DNA from: Podarcis vaucheri
Taxonomy: Eukaryota
Length of the DNA stretch: 64,000 bases
Reading direction: 5' to 3' (one strand)
Assembly: GCA_965113315.1 (NCBI GenBank)
Contig: OZ220364.1
Below, piece by piece: positions 48,885 to 61,954 of the stretch. Within the stretch, counting starts at the first letter, position 1, and the number at the start of each line of letters is the position of its first letter. Both the position numbers and the translations under genes were made by a program. The notes beneath the pieces are model-generated. The model was not told the origin of the DNA, made no database searches, and saw nothing but the letters and a program-made list of their open reading frames with translations.

Positions 48885-51574
48885 CGAGGCCCCTTCCCTC
48901 CAATTCAGGTAAGCAAAGTAGATCCCTGTATTTCACAATGTGTTTTTTTAAAAAAATAATAATTATAATTTTATACCTCGCTTCCCCCCCTGACAGGATT
49001 CAGGGCAGCTGGCAGATAAAAACAACTGCTAAAAACATACAGGGGGTTTGGTGTGTTGTGGCATATCCAGCATGGCTGAAGCGTCTGTGCCTGCACCTAA
49101 GATGCAGAAGTGACCGCTCACCAGTCACGATGGTGAGTGGCTTTTGCAGCCCGGCATGGGCTCCCCAGCCCCCTGAGCCATGCCATAGCTGCCTGGGCCC
49201 TTGCTCCACCCCCTGGCCTGGCCAACGAGGCTGTAGGGCTCCCACCTGACCCTCGTTTGAATTAGCCAGTTGGCAGTTGCCAAGGGGGCAAAGGGCAAAG
49301 GCCAGGTAAGGAGGCTCCTGCGAATGCCGGCCAGCTTGGCACATCCCACCCAGAGGTTCCCAGCCTTCCAAGCATGCTCATATGCCCAGAATGAAGACTG
49401 CACAGGTAGGACTTTGGTATAAGGTTTAATTTCTTCACATATAACAGATACATGCAGCAAACTATTGTAGTGTGGCCAGGTGGAACCTGTGTAGGCAGAG
49501 GAGGAAAGGTATCCTGTCTACAACTCTGGGCAAAGTCCCTATAATGTGTGTGATCAGAAGTAAATCTTTCTGTCTCCTCGTATAGGGGAGCAATGGAAGG
49601 TGGCTGGAAAAGTGCCCTTCACCCCAAAGCACTTACAGCTGGCATTCATCCTCACACAGTCACCTGCCCACACTAAATGCCAACTGACATCAAGAATGAA
49701 GCTGCCAAATCAACAAGCTGAAACCCACCACAATCTAATCATAAAAGGGGCAGTGGGGAGGAGGCAAAATAAAGTTTTCCAAAGGGCTAGTTGCAGGACT
49801 ACCCCCCAAAAAAAAAATACTAGTCGACTCTTGGAAGGGCAACTAGCAAAGGCCACTTTGCTCAAGGGTGACTGGGAGGACAGAGAAGAGCTTCAGAGAA
49901 GAGCAAGCAATCGGAGCGCTTCCAACCTTAATAAATTCAAATTTATTAATAAGGCAACCCAATACAGGTTGTAGCCAAACAAAGACGTATGAGCATAAAT
50001 TATACATACACACCATAGTTGCAGATTAAAAACCTGACCCATAAATTAGATAAAACACACATAAAAAATAGAATCTTAGATGTCGGAGGAGGCGTCCTGG
50101 CCTTCTCTAGGGTGAGCACCCTTCACTGCAAATTTAGCTGTACTGAACATTACAAACCTGTTGGAACCAGGCAACAGATCTTACCCATATCACAGCGCGT
50201 AGCAACCACTGCTAAAGATTTCTCTAAATATTTTGCCTAAGTGTTTCATATACTTTACAGGACAGCATATGGTGTGCGGTGTCCTCTTCCCAGGGTCTAC
50301 CACATATCCAAAAGTGCTGCTCTCAAGGGATTTTCTGGACTCTCCCTTCCAGAAAATGAGACATCATGCAGGGCTGTAAATGCTTTGCGGTGCCAGCCTT
50401 CTAAAGAAAAGGCTGGTCCTGAGCTGATTGGCCCACTGAGCCAAGAAACTTCTTGTTCACCACCATTTGGGAGGAGAACCCTAAAGACTTCCTCTACGGG
50501 ATGGGGCAAATTTGTACCCCTGGCAGGGACAGGAATGACATTGCCCAATAAATAGTTCCATCATGTCTCCTTTGCCCGCTTCAGTAATTAGGGATCTGTA
50601 GCCCCCTTCACACAGGAGTCTCAGACAGGTGGATTAAATGCTGTCCAGAAGAATGAAGTATTATTAATGTTTGTTAAACCATTGACACCCTAAGATAGAA
50701 GTGCTAAGTGCCATTGTATTATCATTATTAAATATACATATCTCAGTATTCTCTTCCCCATTAAGAAAGTCCACCTTCCTCTCTAGCTGATGGAAAAGGA
50801 ATGATTGTTTCCAGTGTGTTTTATTGGGGGAAAATGTATTACATTTTCTTTTCTTTCTTTCTTTTAAAAAAATCTAACAATGATAATATAGACCCTGTAA
50901 TTAAAGTGCCATCAACTGCTGATAAGTCATGGATGGTGAACTGCATCAAATGAGAAAATGCAGAGAATAAAGGGGAACAGAAGTACAAAGAACTGCATTG
51001 TATGTCCATCATATGGGAATATTAAATGAAATAAAGAAAACATAATACCCATGGTAATAATGTGAGAGAAATGCTTTTGAGATTTATGTTCAAACCCCTA
51101 TCTGAGTTGTCGAATCCCTGTAATTACTTAAACTCTCCTGAACTTCAGGGCAAACTTCTCCTCTCTGAACTGCTTTCCACTAGCATTCTATTGATTAGCT
51201 ACTTTAATACTCCATCACTTCGACCCATGATGGGTAGGGAAGGCATAAAACTGTGGGCATTCTACCCCTGCTTTTGCTCAGGCTCTGCATGTGGGTCATA
51301 AATTAAAAGGGAAATGTTAAATAACATAAGAGGCTTTGCCCTCTCTGGATGGGTTCATTGGCACGAAATGAAGAACTGATGGCCCTCCAGATGTTGTTGA
51401 ACTATTTAGAGACATAAGAAAAATTGTGTATGTTAGGAGAAACAAGCACTTAGATGAGGACATTTCTTTCTTTTTTTTTACAGAAATTGTAGACTTATGT
51501 GGAAATATGGTGAACCTAAGACTAGAAAAATAAGTGAAAGAAACCAGAACAAATTTATCTTTTCCTGCCCTATA

Positions 51575-51803
51575 CAGTGGTACCTCGGGTTACAGACACT
51601 TCAGGTTACAGACTCTGCTAACCCAGAAATAGTACCTCGGGTTAAGAACTTTGCTTTAGGATGAGAACAGAAATCACGTGGCGGTGGTGCGGCTGCAGCA
51701 GCGGGAGGCCCCATTAGCTAAAGTGGTACCCCAGGTTAAGAACAGTTTCAGCTTAAGAACAGACCTCCAGAACGAATTCAGTACTTAACCTGAGGCACCA
51801 CTG
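51575..51803. mobile_element. Tigger-like MITE, family A
   Basis: TA|CAGTGGTACCTCGG...CTGAGGCACCACTG|TA. Confidence 0.9.
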
Positions 51804-51813
51804 TATATATTGT

Positions 51814-51873
51814 GGCTCTGGTCCGTGGGGTCACGAAGAGTTGGGCATGACTAAATGACTAAACAACAACAAC
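51814..51873 (+). mobile_element. Bov-B 3' tail fragment
   Basis: CTCTGGTCCGTGGGGTCACGAAGAGTTGGGCATGACTAAATGACTAAACAACAACAAC matches 58432-58487. Confidence 0.85.
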
Positions 51874-52080
51874 AGGTCATTTTAGATGCATCTTCAAAGT
51901 GGTCAGCAGCTAGAAGACTGTCAGAAAAATTGAAAAAGACAAATAGAAAGCAGTCCTCAGACCACCTCATAAATCACTTTTAAATATTTTATAATTCACT
52001 AAAAGTGTGGAGATTTTCAAGGATTTTGTCTTGAAAAATCTACATGGAAACAAGGCAGGAGAGACTTAACACTGAACATA

Positions 52081-52265
52081 TGTAGCTATGGCTCAGGGAC
52101 AGAACATCTACCTTGCAAACGAAAGGTCCCAGGTTCACTCCTCAGTATCTTCAGGTTGGGCTGTGAATGTCCCTTGCCCACAACCTTGGAGAGCTCCTGC
52201 CCATCAATGTATGCAATATTGGGTTGTATAGACCGATGGGGATACCTCAGCATTGTATGGCTTCT
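52081..52265 (+). mobile_element. Squam3-like SINE, degraded
   Basis: GCTCAGGGACAGAACATCT...AAGGTCCCAGGTTCA, with a body like the 6721 family. Confidence 0.65.
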
Positions 52266-52297
52266 GCGTGGCCTCCTCTACTCCCCTAACCCCTAAC

Positions 52298-52387
52298 CAT
52301 AGCTGTCAACATTTTCCTTTTTTTAAGGGAAATTCCCTTATTCCAAATAGGATTCCTCGCAAGAAAAGGGAAAAGTTGACAGCTATG
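52298..52387. mobile_element. 90-bp hAT-type MITE
   Basis: TIRs CATAGCTGTCAAC(A)TTTTCC / GGAAAAGTTGACAGCTATG. Perfect 8-bp TSD CCCCTAAC at 52290-52297 and 52388-52395. Confidence 0.85.
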
Positions 52388-52908
52388 CCCCTAACCTCTA
52401 GCCTTAGCCTATCCCTGCTTCTATGTCAGCATGTATCAAACTAGGCTGCAACAAGATGTTGTCCAAAACCTAAGGCTGGTGACAAGCTTGAGGCAGCTCA
52501 CAGAAAAGTATAGCCTCCAGTGGGCTTATCCACAGCAACAAATGGCAGCAGCATTACCATAATCTGCAGGAGGCTCCCACAAGCTGCCCCTTGCTTTGAC
52601 ATTCCCACAATGCTCCAGTATAGCATGAGCCACTCTGAGATTGTCAGAATGGCTTGTCAAGGACCCACCACTGCTGTGAAGCAAATTTGAGGCAGGGAAC
52701 ATCGGTGAGGGTCGGAACTCAAGACCTGGAGATGTTGCACATCAGTTAGCATCAGCCCCAGCCAGCATGACCAATGGCCAGGGATGGTGACAGCAGAGCC
52801 CAGCACCCTCTGGAGGGCGACAGTTTCTCCATCTCTACCCTATCCAAAGGCAGATGGGCCCTACTATGGCTCAGTGAAGCTGGGTGCTGGCCCCAGCTCT
52901 ACAAGAAT

Positions 52909-53163
52909 CAGTGGCGGAGCAAGCCAATCGAGTGTCTGGGGCAGGGCGAGCCAAGGCAGGATGCTCCGAGGTGTCTGTCTGCCTCCTCTCACCCAGCCGC
53001 CCTACAGCTGAGGGGGAGGCAGTGGGCAGACAATTTGGGCAGCTGTGTCTCTCCCAGGAGAGATGTGTGGCTCTGGCGTGAGTGCCGCCCAGCATTTTGT
53101 CACCCCGTCAGTGGTGACACCCGGGGCGGACTGCCCCTATCGCACCCCCTTCCTCTGCCACTG
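52909..53163. mobile_element. hAT-superfamily MITE
   Basis: TIRs CAGTGGCGGAG / CTCTGCCACTG. 8-bp TSD ACAAGAAT/ACAAGAAC. Confidence 0.82.
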
Positions 53164-54023
53164 ACAAGAACGGCCCTTTCTGTAGCTTTTCAGCACTGTC
53201 TGGTTTTGAGGTTCTTCAGCTGCTCTCGTTCTGCTTTGTGAAATTACAACAAACGATGTTCCATATTTTTTCTTATGAGCATATTTTTTATTTCCCCCTC
53301 CTCTTATTTTCAAATGAATAAGTTACTTTTCAGACCGAAAGACTGTCAACAGCAGCCGGGTTTTGTTTTCACATTTTCCCTGCAAAAGTGTATCAGGCAG
53401 CACCATCTGAATCCTTTTCTTGCCGTTCTTTTGTGTCTTTCCTTTGTAAGCAAAAAATGAACACATTCAGCCCAGAGAGAAAGAGGTGAAATCAGATTGC
53501 GTTGCATTTCTTTCGGATAGGCGGAATATGGTTCCTTATTTTATTTTATTTTATTTATTTCTTCCCTTCACTTTCCTTTCTCTCCACTCCTTAAATTTCA
53601 GATAGCCTGAGAAAAATACAAACAGAAACAGAAATGTGCAAACAATGCCAGGAATATACCTTCCATTGAAACGTTATTATTAGAAAAGCCAACCAAAATG
53701 TAAATGGTCCTTTTTTTCCACCATAGAGAATTCTTTTTATTCTTACAGCAGATTTAATGCCTTTTCCCATCTCTATGCATGTATGTTTTCAGCCAGTTCA
53801 GCTTTTGGGGGGAAAGAAGGAGCTGGTGCAGTATTTTTAAAATAACTCCCTGGATGTTCTAACAATGAATCTCCTCGCTTGTCTTTGTTTTTATACTGGT
53901 TGGTTGCCAGAACAGGTCTGAGGGGCTCCTATCTCTCTCTATATATTTACATGGAAACTGATGGGTTATGGAGGAGAAGCAACCATTGCAGGCAGTGGAC
54001 TTCTACCTGTACCACTATGTAAA

Positions 54024-54332
54024 GGAAGAGCTGTGTAGCTCATTGGTAGAGCATCTGTCTTACATGCCATGCAGAAGGTCCTAGGCTGAAGTCTGGAGAC
54101 CTTTTTTCGGTTTTGCCCAAAATTGTTCCTCTTTTTAAAAAAAATTAAAAATGAAGTTTTTGGGCTATTTTTAAGGAAATTCACCAAAATCCTTACTTCT
54201 GACATTGGTTGCAATATGTCCAGATTTCCCCAGACATTTCCATGATTTCCTCCGGATACTGTTTCTGACTGCAGTATTTCGGACATATGGCAACCTTAAC
54301 TGAGCTAAGTGGACCGATAGTCTGACTCAGTA
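54024..54332 (+). mobile_element. Squam3-like SINE split by a hAT-like fragment (~54098-54298)
   Basis: SINE head at 54024-54097 and tail CTGAGCTAAGTGGACC...CTGACTCAGTA after 54299. The intervening piece ends GGACATATGGCAACCTTA, the reverse complement of the TAGGGT(T/G)GCCATATGTCC terminus seen at 2822. Confidence 0.6.
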
Positions 54333-54456
54333 CTGCACCTTTGCTTATCACAGAATCATAGAGGACTCAGGCATTTACATAGAAATGCCTAATTCTGGTA
54401 CACCTCTGTCAGAGAAGTCCTATCCAAGGCCAGCTTTTTAAATCATGAGTTGATGT

Positions 54457-54571
54457 TCACCTCACAGAGTGTTTGTTGTGGGGGAGGAAGGGAAAGGAGA
54501 ATGTTAGCCGCTTTGAGACTCCTTAAAGGGGGTGAAAGGCGGGATATCAAATCCAAACTCTTCTTCTTCTT
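54457..54571 (+). mobile_element. 3' half of the 62485-family SINE
   Basis: TCACCTCACAGAGTGTTTGTTGTGG...GGGATATCAAATCCAAACTCTTCTTCTTC. Confidence 0.85.
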
Positions 54572-54584
54572 AAGGGTGCCTATT

Positions 54585-54627
54585 GGGACGCGGGTGGCGC
54601 TGTGGGTTAAACCACAGCAGGACTAGG
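54585..54627 (+). mobile_element. Sauria SINE 5' head fragment
   Basis: GGGACGCGGGTGGCGCTGTGGGTTAAACCACAG is the reverse complement of the heads ending at 11500 and 19126. Confidence 0.75.
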
Positions 54628-54729
54628 AAGGCTCGTTGCCCAAGCATCATTCTTGCAGCAGCCCCACCTTCTGGGATCTCTTGTTTGATTTGGAACACTG
54701 GAGGATTGATTTAGCATCTCAAATCAATA

Positions 54730-55330
54730 AGACTGATGGCAAATTCTGGGGATTTACCTGATTTGAAGGGAGAAATAAATAAAAACATCACTGTAGGAGT
54801 CTTCTATAGAGCAATCGGAGGAAGTAGAAAAAAGCTTTCCCCGTGAAGATAGCAAAAGTATCAAAAGATCCCAAAATGGTAATAAAGGGAGACGTCACCT
54901 GCCCTAATTTTTGTTGTAAGGTGGAAAATATATAGATATAATATGCTGTTCAAGAGGTAGAGATGGGAGGGAGATGGGAGAAAGCTCCAGGCACAGCTGG
55001 GAAAAACTCTCTTCTTTGAGAAGGCTGAAGAAACAGTGAGAGCTCGTCGGTTCAGGCTTGGTTCTCCTGACCAACAAAGAAGAACGGTGGAAGTGCTCAG
55101 GTGCCTTGGGAGATGGGGAAGATTAAATGATAGAATTCGAGACCTTTATGAAAAGAAAAGTGAAAGTGCAGCCAAGTAGAGACATTCAATTTTTTTCCCT
55201 TCTTCTGACAAGTGGGTTGTGGCAAACTGAGTAAGTCCTGCGTTGAAAGAATGAAAAAAAGAAGCAGCTTTATGAACAAGGGATTCCAGAAGCCTAGCAG
55301 TTTTTGAAAGTCGTATTGGAAGCACAAATT
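54730..55330 (+). mobile_element. Highly degraded ancient CR1 fragment (endonuclease region)
   Basis: Decayed matches to the CR1 motifs VGV(F/Y)YR, VI.GD..., L.LTN.EE and LG..D....IEF in collinear order, with many stops and indels. Confidence 0.55.
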
Positions 55331-56264
55331 GCATACCTGAGTGGTAAGCGAATAGGAAGAATGGTCCAAATCTGACACGGCTTTGCAGGGGTCTTTTTAA
55401 TGATCTGTAAACAAAAGAAGGAAGGACAGGTGGGCTGGCAGACCACAAGGATGCTGGTATCTATATTTCCTCAAAATAATACTTCTTGTCAGTGGATCTG
55501 CAGTCAGCCCTCAGGCTGAGAAAGGTTCCCCACCCTTGTTGTAAAAGCTTTGGGGATGGCTACAAGAGCTCTGGGGCTGGTTCCACCCACCCTCTGCCGC
55601 TACTGGAGCTGCAATGTCAATAGATGGTGCTCTGAGGCAGGAAGCTGAGCCTGGAGTAAAGAGAGGAGGTCAGCCCAATGTTCAAAGCTACAACTTTCAG
55701 AGCTTCCCTGCCTCTTCCAGATCTCTAACGTCTAGTAAGGGGGGGGGGAACCCTCACTTTTTAAAGTATTTATATTCAAGTGATAGAAAATGCATTTGAT
55801 CTGTCTTCTCCAGAGATTCAATCTGGCTAGAAATCCGATAACTAATATCTTGTCTTTTCCATCATAGGAAAAAAGTCCACGGAAACTTCAGCATAGCTTT
55901 TATTAAGCTGTGTACATTTTGGAGAGACCTAATAGCATCTTCTAGAGGGCAAACTACATAGTATACAAGCATTTGCAGGGGCTGGAAGTTTTTAAAGATG
56001 AAAATCAGCATTGGGAGGGGTGTATTTGTGCAGAGGAGCACTAAGGGAAAGGAGCTGCTCCAGCCATTCCCTGCCACTATTTCCCCCACTCCAATTCCCC
56101 TCCCCCCAGCTGTTTTTCCTGTTATGGGAAAGCCCGCATATGTAGAGGATATGGAGCAGAAAAAATAGCCAAAGAGGTAAAGGTTATGGAACTCCCCTGA
56201 TGATTCTCTCCTTAGACTTACACTCACCCAAAGGTGTCCCCCGCCCCACTAAACAAAGCAAGCA

Positions 56265-56885
56265 CACAGCAGACTGTACCTAAGGGTACTAGAGGAGCTT
56301 GCAGATATAATATCAGAGCCTCTGTCTATAATCTTTGAGAATTTTTGAGAACAAGTGAGTTCCCTGTAGACTGGAGGTGGGCAAATGTTGTCCCCATCTT
56401 CAAAGGGGGGCGGGGCAGAGAAGACCTGGGTAACTACCTACCAGTGAGCTTGACACTGATAAGAAAAAAACCCCTCTAGAACAGATAATTAAACAATCAG
56501 TCTGTGAGCACCAAGAAAAGAATGCTGTGATTACCAAGACCCAGTATGGGTTTCTCAAAAACAAGTCATGCCAGACGGATCTCATTTCTGTAATTGAAAG
56601 AGTTACAAGGTGGGTGGATCAGGGGAATGCTGTGGACGTAGTGTATCTTGATTTCAATAAGGCTTTGACAAAGTTCCCCATAATCTTCTTCATGGAGAAG
56701 CTGATAAAATGTGTGCTGGACGAGTTACTTGTTAGGTGGATTTGTTGGTGGTTGACTGATCACACCCAAGGAGTGCTCATTGGTGGTTCTTAATTATCCA
56801 GGAAAATAATGACAAATTGCAAGGTTCTGTCCTGGGCCCATTGTTGTTCAAAGTCTTTATAAATGACCTGGATGTAGGAATTGGG
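56265..56885 (+). mobile_element. Degraded CR1 RT fragment
   Basis: RVLEELADIISEPL, DWRWANVVPIF and ORF 56527-56793 ([16 protein letters not shown]...VDVVYLDFNKA). Confidence 0.9.
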
Positions 56886-56987
56886 CAACTGTGGCTAAGT
56901 GGATCCATGATAACTGTGTAGAACTGCCTGCTCTGGAGATCTGCTGCCACTCCAAAGTATTGCTTTACCTTGCTGGGTTAATATTTA

Positions 56988-57710
56988 CTATTATTATTAT
57001 TATTTATTGAATTTATATTACGCCCTATTCCCAGAGGTCTCAGGGCGGTTCACAGAAAACATCAACATAAAAACCACAATATATATATAATCAAAATAAA
57101 AACAACAACCCAATAACATCCCCCCCAAAAGAGCCACATTTTAAAAGGGCATAGGATGTCAATCAGAACAACCAAAGGCTGGTTAAAAGGAACATTTTTG
57201 CCTGGTACCTAAAGGTGTATAATGAAGGCGCCAGGCAAACTTCCCTGGGGAGAGCATTCCACAGAAGGGGAGCCACTGCAAAGAAGGCCCGTTCTAGTGT
57301 TGTCACCCTCCGGACCTCTCAAGGAGGGGGCACATGAAAAACGACCTCAGAAGATGATCTCAGGGTCCGGGTAGGTTCATATGGAAAGAGGCAGTCCTTG
57401 AGATATTGCAGTCCTGAACCATTTAAGGCTTTGTAGGTCAAAACCAGCTCTTTAAATTGGGCCCGGAAAGTAACTGGTAGCCAGTGCAGTCGGACCAGGA
57501 TCGGTGTAATATGCTCAAACCGTCTTGCTCCGTTGAGCAACCTGGCCGCTGAATTCTGCACTAGCTCGTTTCTGAGCCGTCTCCAGAGGCAGCCCTACAT
57601 ATAAAACATTGCAGTAATCTAACCTTGAGGTTATCAGAGCATAGACAACAGTAGTTAGGCTATCCCTGTCCAGATAGGGGGGTAGCTGGGCTACGGGCCG
57701 AAGCTGATGG
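56988..57710 (-). mobile_element. L2-clade LINE 3' fragment
   Basis: ORF 57319-57561 QNSAARLL...HITPILVRLHWLPV.FRAQFK.LVLTYKALNG is a typical L2 ORF2 C-terminus. (TAT)n/(TTTA) tail near 56988-57010. Confidence 0.9.
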
Positions 57711-57784
57711 TTAGACAGTCCGGTGGAAACTTTGTTTTCTGGGGATTGGCTCTGAAATGAACCACTGTCTGAGTGCCTACCAGC

Positions 57785-57966
57785 TGGGTAGCTCAGTGGC
57801 AGGTTATCTGCTTCGCATCCAGAAGCCTGTCATTTCAATCCTTGGCATCTCTGGGTAGAGCTGGGAGAGAACCCACATTTGAAACCGTGAAGAGCTACTG
57901 CCAGTCAGTGTAGTTGTCTACACTGGGCTAAATGGACCAATGGCCTGATTGGCAGCTTCCTCTATG
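57785..57966 (+). mobile_element. Squam3-like SINE
   Basis: GTAGCTCAGTGG head, CTGCCAGTCAGTGTAG body and GGCAGCTTCC tail. Confidence 0.75.
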
Positions 57967-58101
57967 CATTTTGTTTCCAAAGGAGGGCAAGTGTCATGTG
58001 CAAAAACGGAGAAGTGCTCTAAGAGGATCTCTCTGCAAAAGAAGCAAAACAGAGCTGGGCAAGTCCAGCTTTCATGAATCCTAACCATCCATGTGCCTCC
58101 T

Positions 58102-58487
58102 AAGAAGGCTGATCGCCGAAGAATTGATGCTTTTGAATTATGGTGCTGGAGGAGACTCTTGAGAGTCCCATGGACTGCAAGAAGATCAAACCTATCCATT
58201 CTTAAGGAAATCAGCCCTGGAAGGACAGATCGTGAAGCTGAGGCTCCAATACTTTGGCCACCTCATGAGAAGTGAAGACTCCCTGGAAAAGCCCCTGATG
58301 TTGGGAAAGATGGAGGGCACAAGGAGAAGGGGACGACAGAGGATGTGATGGTTGGATAATGTTCTCGAAGCTACCAGCATGAGTTTGACCAAGCTGTGGG
58401 AGGCAGTGGAAGACAGGAGTGCCTGGTGTGCTCTGGTCCATGGGGTCACAAAGAGTCGGACACGACTAAACGACTAAACAACAACAA
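58102..58487 (+). mobile_element. Bov-B (RTE clade) LINE 3' end
   Basis: KKADRRRIDAFELWCWRRLLRVPWTARRSN...LKEI and tail GGTCCATGGGGTCACAAAGAGTCGGACACGACTAAACGACTAAACAACAACAA. Confidence 0.95.
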
Positions 58488-58959
58488 AGCCTGGATGACT
58501 ATTGTGGTCCCTACAGTTCTATGATTGCACACACCTGCCCTTCCGTCGACTCTGGTCCCACTTATCCACTCATCCCTCCATATTTTTTTTAGCCCAAGAA
58601 AAAAGAAAGAGGAAAGGGGGGGGGTTAAACAGTTCTACCCACAGAGGCTGCCGACTTATTGCTCATTCAGAACTCTGTGTCCAAAATATCAAGGGGGCTG
58701 GCAAGAGAGCTGCTTGAGGCAACCTCTGCACGGAGTTGAAAGGCAGCCGAGCATGAAGGGAGAGCAGCCCAGCACTCTGGGTCAGCCAGGCATAAAGCTC
58801 TGGCACACCCCTGACAGTACAGTCAGCTCCATTATTATCACATGAGGGGAGAGGGGGTGGGTTGTCAAACGCTCTGAAGGGAATAAAAGGGATGCATCTG
58901 TCGACTCTGTCCTTTGGCTGGGGCTGGGGCGGGGGTGGCGGCAGAGGTCGGGGGCGGAG

Positions 58960-59380
58960 GAAGGCGAGATTATATTTACGGATTGCAAAAAGGGGATTGA
59001 CGACCGCTGCTGACCAGGGAATATTCCTTATTGATTCCACACACACACGGCACGTTCCAGGAGGGATATGTTAGACTGGGCGAGCAAAGGCTTAATTGTA
59101 CATGTATATTCCACACATTCGTCTGTTTGGCTTTGCTGGAGAACAGCTGACGGGAAAATGTGTTGGCGGAGACAGATTGTTTTTATGTACATTTTGCCTT
59201 CTCGCGAAATAAATAAATAAATAAATAAGGCCGTGCAATTGTCAAGTTTGTTCGGGCAGAGTCGGCTTTCTGAGCTGCCTCGAATGTGCAAATTCAAACT
59301 GTCATACAGTAAAATACCACGTGAAGCAATAAAAGAAGCAATAGCATTTAATTATAAAATCTATAGGGATATTTAATGGG
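58960..59380. promoter_or_regulatory. Candidate conserved non-coding element
   Basis: Unique, CpG-retaining sequence with TAATTG, TGTCA, CACGTG, CAATAAA and TTTAATTATAAA motifs. Confidence 0.45.
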
Positions 59381-59493
59381 GGGCATGCCACAGACCCCCT
59401 GAAGGAGGCTCGTGGACCACGGAGCACAGTTTGGCAACCTGTGTTCTAGAACCTTTCAAGGTGCCAGCCGGATGGATGGGGTATAAATAATAA

Positions 59494-59494
<1 letters not shown>

Positions 59495-59539
<45 letters not shown>
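59495..59539 (+). repeat. (ATT)n microsatellite at an L2-like 3' tail
   Basis: Follows GATGGGGTATAAATAATAAA. Confidence 0.9.
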
Positions 59540-59542
<3 letters not shown>

Positions 59543-59589
59543 ATGTTAGGCCGACCTGTCAGTGGTTTACTAGTCCTAGAAGCAAGCAA

Positions 59590-59780
59590 AATTTCAACAT
59601 TTGCCTGCTTCCAGTCTGGTAGCCCTTCCCCCATTCTCTGAGAGCTTGCAAAAATTCAGGCAGAGGCTCTGGGATCACATCTTCAAGTTCCTTTAGTACC
59701 GTTGGAGGCAGTTTGTCAGGCAATGAAAACTTCAATTCATTTAGAAAGTCTAGGGACTCCCAAGCCACCTTATTATCCTA
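59590..59780 (-). mobile_element. Degraded CR1 fragment
   Basis: ORF track shows PDKLPPTVLKELEDVIPEPL and PDWKQANV. Confidence 0.75.
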
Positions 59781-60370
59781 TCTTGGGCTAGATGCTAATT
59801 AGGCATGCAATAGCACCTGCAGTGTAAAGCACATTTTCATGTGATATCTATCTCTATAGATATATAGATATATATAGGTAGGATATCTCAGGGGACACTT
59901 AACGCTAGAGACATTAAGTTGTCAAGCATGGTTTTAAGGTATATATTTCCAAAAGTGTGCATCACCTTTTTAGATTTTTGAAACTTCTGAGTTACTTGAC
60001 TCTATCTACGGATCATTTACATATAGTGACAGTGCTGGTCATGTCGACTCTTCCTGATAATTACACATATGCATGGATCACTTTCCCCCTCTGTGGGTGA
60101 AATCAAGCCATCCATCACTCAGGTGAAATGAGACAGACTACAGCAACAGTTCTTTGTTTCCCCACAATAGTATTCAAAGACTTCGAAACAGGAAATGAAG
60201 AGTGTTCTGCCCTATTTATCAGTGTGCTGTGTTTTGGAAACTTTCATCTACTATACTATAGATCTCAGCAAATGACACAACAGATTCAGAAGCCGTCAGA
60301 CTTGCATGCAATCCATACCCTGCCCAACTCCATTTCAAGTTCACTATCACATGGACTCGGTAAGTATATA

Positions 60371-60596
60371 CAGTGGTACCTCGGGTTACAGACGCTTCAG
60401 GTTACAGACTCCGCTAACCCAGAAATAGTGTCTCGGGTTAATAACTTTGCTTCAGGATGAGAACAGAAATCGTGCTCCGGCAGCATGGCAGCAGTGGGAG
60501 GCCCCATTAGCTAAAGTGGTGCTTCAGGTTAAGAACAGTTTCAGGTTAAGTACGGACCTCCAGAGCGAATTAAGTTCTTAACCTGAGGTACCACTG
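60371..60596. mobile_element. Tigger-like MITE, family A
   Basis: TA|CAGTGGTACCTCGG...CTGAGGTACCACTG|TA. Confidence 0.9.
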
Positions 60597-61954
60597 TAAT
60601 ATAGCTACATCTTCAATAACAATTTAGAAACTGCTTGTGATTACAGTGTGTAACAGCATTGATGTTCCTAACAAAAGTGAGTGAGTTGAGGGGGGGGGGA
60701 GATCCAAAGGAAGAAACTATTTTGAGATCTGATCATCTATATATACTGCAGATGTTAAGATTCAAACTGTGTGCCTTTGTTGCCATAACATCTTGGTGGT
60801 TTCACAAGGACCTGCCGATCTGCCTAGCCCTAGGTTTTTAGCAGCTACCAGTAACCTGGAGCCATTAATAATTGTTTTTTTAGGGGTGCTTTTCTAACCC
60901 AAACAAAATTCCAATGTTTCTTGGGTACTATTTGGCCCCAAACCAAATAGAAGATATGGTGTTAGAAGATGTCTAATTCCCTGGATCAGTTTTTGTTTGG
61001 AAAATGTGAGGCACATGGGAGTGGGCATGTTTTACTCTAGTGCATTAACACTGATAGGGGAAGGGGGGAAAGTATCCTAGTTGGGGTGTGGGAGAATCAG
61101 TTACTAAGAATATGGGGATACCTTTGGCCAAGGAACCTTTTGGACAATCTGTATGAGCACCCCTTCTTTTCCTGTACCTACCAAAGCTTCATTCTTGCAG
61201 GACTTGTGGTGTTGGGGCAGTTTTTGTTGGTTAGGTTAAAAACAACAAGAACATAACTCAACATGTTACATTGGCTGGGACAGTCTTTTTGTACCCCACA
61301 TGTAAAATCCCAGTAATTTTCTCGAGATATTTCATATCCCACCATAGAAGTTTGGTTTTTTGGGGTTCAGAAAGAAAAAACAAATGGTAAGTGGCTGAAA
61401 TTGGGAGATGTTATTTACTACTGTGCTGGTGAGAAGACATTCTGTTGAATGTCTATTTCTGTGTAAATTCTCCATCGGAAAGTGCCCAGGAGGTGTAATT
61501 GCAACTTCAAAGGTTTGGGTAAGGGGTATTCTCCTCTGGGCCTTCTGGCTTTGAGTGAGAAAGGGAGGTAGAGTTGAAGTTGAGGCCCACTCCCATGTGC
61601 CCACTCTATGACCTTTTTTGTATTGTTTTAAAGTGAGGCCAGCTCCCTCCTAATGCTGGTTGGCTGGGATGCAGAATGTAGATTGCTGGCCATTGAGTTT
61701 GATGGATGGCTTCATTCAACAGATGGGCCATGGTGATTAATGGCCAGTCCAGCGTTCAAGCCAATAGCTACTGAGTGGCACACTGGAGAGAAATGAATAG
61801 ATTCCATTTCAGCCCTCTTGGAAGGTGCTGGCCAACGCATTTCATTAAGCCAGCCTTTTGGATGTGGGTTGTCAAAATATTTTAACATCCACTTCTGACC
61901 TCCAAGCACTTTCCTTTCCCCTTCACTGATTGCTCCAGCCCCAGACCTCACAGT

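Noticed and set aside
58915-58962. G-quadruplex-forming run
   Set aside because: Such G-rich runs are common, and nothing in the sequence supports a function.
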